Shown piece after piece: positions 61,161 through 64,000 of a stretch of 64,000 nt of DNA. A model generated the notes under the pieces. That model saw nothing but the letters and a program-made list of their open reading frames with translations. It searched no databases and was not told the DNA's origin. Positions within the stretch are counted from its first letter, which is position 1, and every line of letters begins with the position of its first letter. This DNA comes from Nemertoderma westbladi. Taxonomy: Eukaryota > Animalia > Xenacoelomorpha. The translations under genes were made by a program, and so were the position numbers. The stretch lies in NCBI GenBank assembly GCA_032718475.1, contig JAUCBJ010003703.1, forward strand, positions 4,990-68,989. The letters are read 5' to 3'.

Positions 61161-61886
61161 AGCCATTTTGGAAGTAATACTGTAGGCCTATCATCATGTC
61201 CCACAACCAGTTTTGCTATTTAGTGTAGCACATACCTTCAAAATTGTATCAGGTGTGTTTGTCTTCAAATGTTTACAGTATAACTTGAAATCTCGGCTCA
61301 GATTTATTCTGAAATCTAAGACGAAAACCAAAGAGTAATCTTGGAATATAAGCCGGAATGAAGCCGACTGTTTAGAACCAACAGCGTAATGTACAGTAGT
61401 ATATAGATATTCACATGCACTACATGATAACTTCACATTATAGTAGAGTACAGTAGATTAGAGCCTCATGACTTAGGGTTAGGGGTAAATGACAGTTTTA
61501 ATTAGGGTTTGAGCATGACCATCTAACCCTAACCAAAAATAAACAAATAAATTCAAGTTAAAGTGCTGTACAGTACGCTATGCCTACTGCAGTATTACTA
61601 TTCTATAATTGTAAGTCTATAGGGAGGGGGGGGGGTGGGGGGGGGGGGGGCAGATTCGCCTAGGACACCGGCCCTGCTCACATGAATTAACCAGGCACGT
61701 TTCCTTCACTGGGGCACAAACGACCAATTGGGTGTCCTATGTATTTAGAAATGCCTGGGCCTAAACGGCCAATCGAGCTCACCACCATGTCTTTATTCAC
61801 TGCATTGTAGGCCTACCACTGAGAGTGTACAGTACCATGTGGTGGGCTTAAAAGACTAATGGGTATCTTTTCTAGCCCCGTTTAAA

Positions 61887-63507
61887 CCCTATTAGTACCG
61901 GGCTATAAAATGTTGTACAAATACCGGGGGGGGGGGGGGGGGTCATATTGACCCCCCCCCCCTCTAAAATCTACAAATATTTACGAAAACGTCTGATTTT
62001 TTGTTTGTACGTAGGTATCACTTGTCTGGATCCGACCGAAAAAAAAAATTTTCGAAAAAATGTACTGGGGTGGTTATATTGCAGCACCAAAATTACAAGT
62101 AGTGCACAATTTTCACAAAATGTGAAAGTTACATTTTCGGCTAATTATTTTTCAATACAGGTTTTTTCTGGGGTGCAAAATACATTGGAAAATATTTAAA
62201 AATGTTATGATTACTATAAATGGCTGTTTCGTCCTCTCTGCGTAGGAAAAAAATGAAAAAAACAAGTAACCAGCACTTTTCAGCTAGAACACAAAATTTT
62301 TATTTCACTTATACGATGCTATAAATTCACATTTTCAGGTTTTCGAGGGCGCTGATTCTAATGGAATACATTTCTAATATGCCAGATCATTGCTACTTGT
62401 ATTTTTCGGCGTAATTTGACAAATTTTGGTGCTAGCACCAAATTTCGTTCCCATCACCAAAAAGTACAAGTTTGCGATGTCCAGTGCTGTTTTTATTGAT
62501 TCCATCGGATTCAGGACCCTCATAAACCCGTACAACGCAAGAAACAAGGTGATACTATCTACTTATCAATTTTCATATTTTCCAAAATTTGGTGCTGGCA
62601 CAACAATTTTCACCCACCGGCGAAAGAACTCTTATCTTTTGAGATCTTATTCTTTGATCTTTGAACTTCTCTTTTGAGAACTCTTATGAAATTTTTACTG
62701 ATTCCATTGAATTCAGAACCATCACAAACCCGTATAACGCAAGAAACAAGGTGACACAATCAATTGATATATTTGATGGTTTTCAAAATTTTGGTGCTAG
62801 CACCACATTTTGCACCCACATCCGAAAAATACAAGTTTGAGATGTCTAGTTCGATAATTATATTTTCCATTGAATTCAGAACAGCCATAAACCTATAAAA
62901 CGCAAGAAATAAATTGTCACAAGCAATTTTATCTATTGAATGGATTTTCAAAATTTCGTGCTAGCACCAAAATTTGCACACAGCACCGAAAAATACAAGT
63001 TTGATACGCTTGGTGCAACTCGTATATATTTCATCGAATCCAGAACCCCAAAAAAACCCCAATTGCGTAAAAAACAAGTTTCAAACAATCAATTTTACAA
63101 AATTGACTTATTTCAAAATTTGGTGCTGGCACCAAAATTTGGCACCCACCGAAAAAAACAAGTTTGAAATTTATAAATCAATTTATATGAATTCCATCCA
63201 ATTTCTAACACCAAAAAAACCGGTGTAAATCAAAAATAGAGATGTTACAATTCATATTTAATGAAATGTAATTTTCAAAAAACGTCTCAAAAAAAGTGCC
63301 AAAAGTAGGGTTACAAAATGGTGCTATAACTCGAAAAGTACCCTATATTTTTGGAAAACGGTTTTCACTACTAAAAAGACAATGGATTTTTAGGAAAAGT
63401 CAGAAAATTTCAGATTCCCAACTGCGTTAGTTTCAGAATTATAATAAAAAAAACCACGGGGGGGGGGGGGGTCATATTGACCCCCCCCCCCCCCGGGTTT
63501 AATAGGG
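61887..63507. mobile_element. Non-autonomous piggyBac-like element
   Basis: CCCTATTA / TAATAGGG termini. TTAA at 63508-63511 and TTAAA on the left. G(n)TCATATTGAC(n) palindrome near both ends. About four internal repeats of 170-180 bp at 62420-63230. Confidence 0.8.
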
Positions 63508-63714
63508 TTAACCCCAATAGTGTCCAATGGTCTTACGATTTCTACCCACTTTTGGAACATTTAGCTCCCGCTGACGCAAAGAATGGCCCCCAGCCCTCGC
63601 GCCTTCCCCACCCCCCCTCCCCCGCCCCTTGTGTGTGCAGGCAGGTCCACCAACTGCCACGATGGTCCATGAAAGTAAATCTCAAACTTGAACTTTTTTA
63701 TGCTTTTGAATAAA

Positions 63715-64000
63715 AAATAACGTATTTAGAGACGCATTTTTTTTAACGTATTATTGACGTATTTTTTTAACGTATTTATTTAACGTAGTAACCCTGGCCA
63801 ATAATAAGTTAATTTAACGTAATCGTACTTTCATAAATAACGTTCACAATATACGGGCTGTTAACGATATTTTCAGACATGAGTTAATTAGTATGATTTG
63901 AGTGAAATTTTTGTATATTTGCGTAGTAACCCCGGCCAATAATACATTAATTTAACGTAAGGGTACGTTAAAAAATAGTTTTGGAATGGTAGAATATTAA
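63715..64000. repeat. TTAACGTA-rich repeats, probably the subterminal region of an element running off the window
   Basis: Many TTAACGTA units. CGTAGTAACCC.GGCCAATAATA..TTAATTTAACGTAA occurs twice. Confidence 0.5.

Overview
This is AT-rich eukaryotic DNA, most likely from an invertebrate, and not prokaryotic; the taxon cannot be fixed from the sequence. It is almost entirely a stack of nested transposable elements. The one apparent host gene is a minus-strand C2H2 zinc-finger array (about 15 fingers) whose original 3' part was cut off by a nonsense change and an hAT insertion. Several boundaries were confirmed by eye from terminal inverted repeats (TIRs) plus target-site duplications (TSDs): a deleted piggyBac, three hAT MITEs (8-bp TSD), two Mutator-like foldback elements (9-bp TSD), two nested CAGTC-terminated elements (5-bp TSD), an EnSpm/CACTA-like element (TA TSD) carrying a spliced accessory gene and a 3.5-kb G-rich minisatellite, a Kolobok-like MITE and a 46-bp P-like mini-element. 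Retroelements include a decayed BEL/Pao element with a tRNA-Gly primer-binding site, an RTEX/Proto2-like LINE, several CR1/L2/Crack and RTE fragments, an in-frame internally deleted RTE, and a tRNA-headed SINE sharing a covarying 3' stem-loop with local LINEs. I found no clear-cut new enzymatic system. The best leads are the 5-bp-TSD element pair, the transposase-less EnSpm with its splice-donor minisatellite, the bipartite RTE with a structured 5' end, the SINE/LINE shared tail, and pervasive apparent excision footprints. Family assignments come from motif recall, not database searches.
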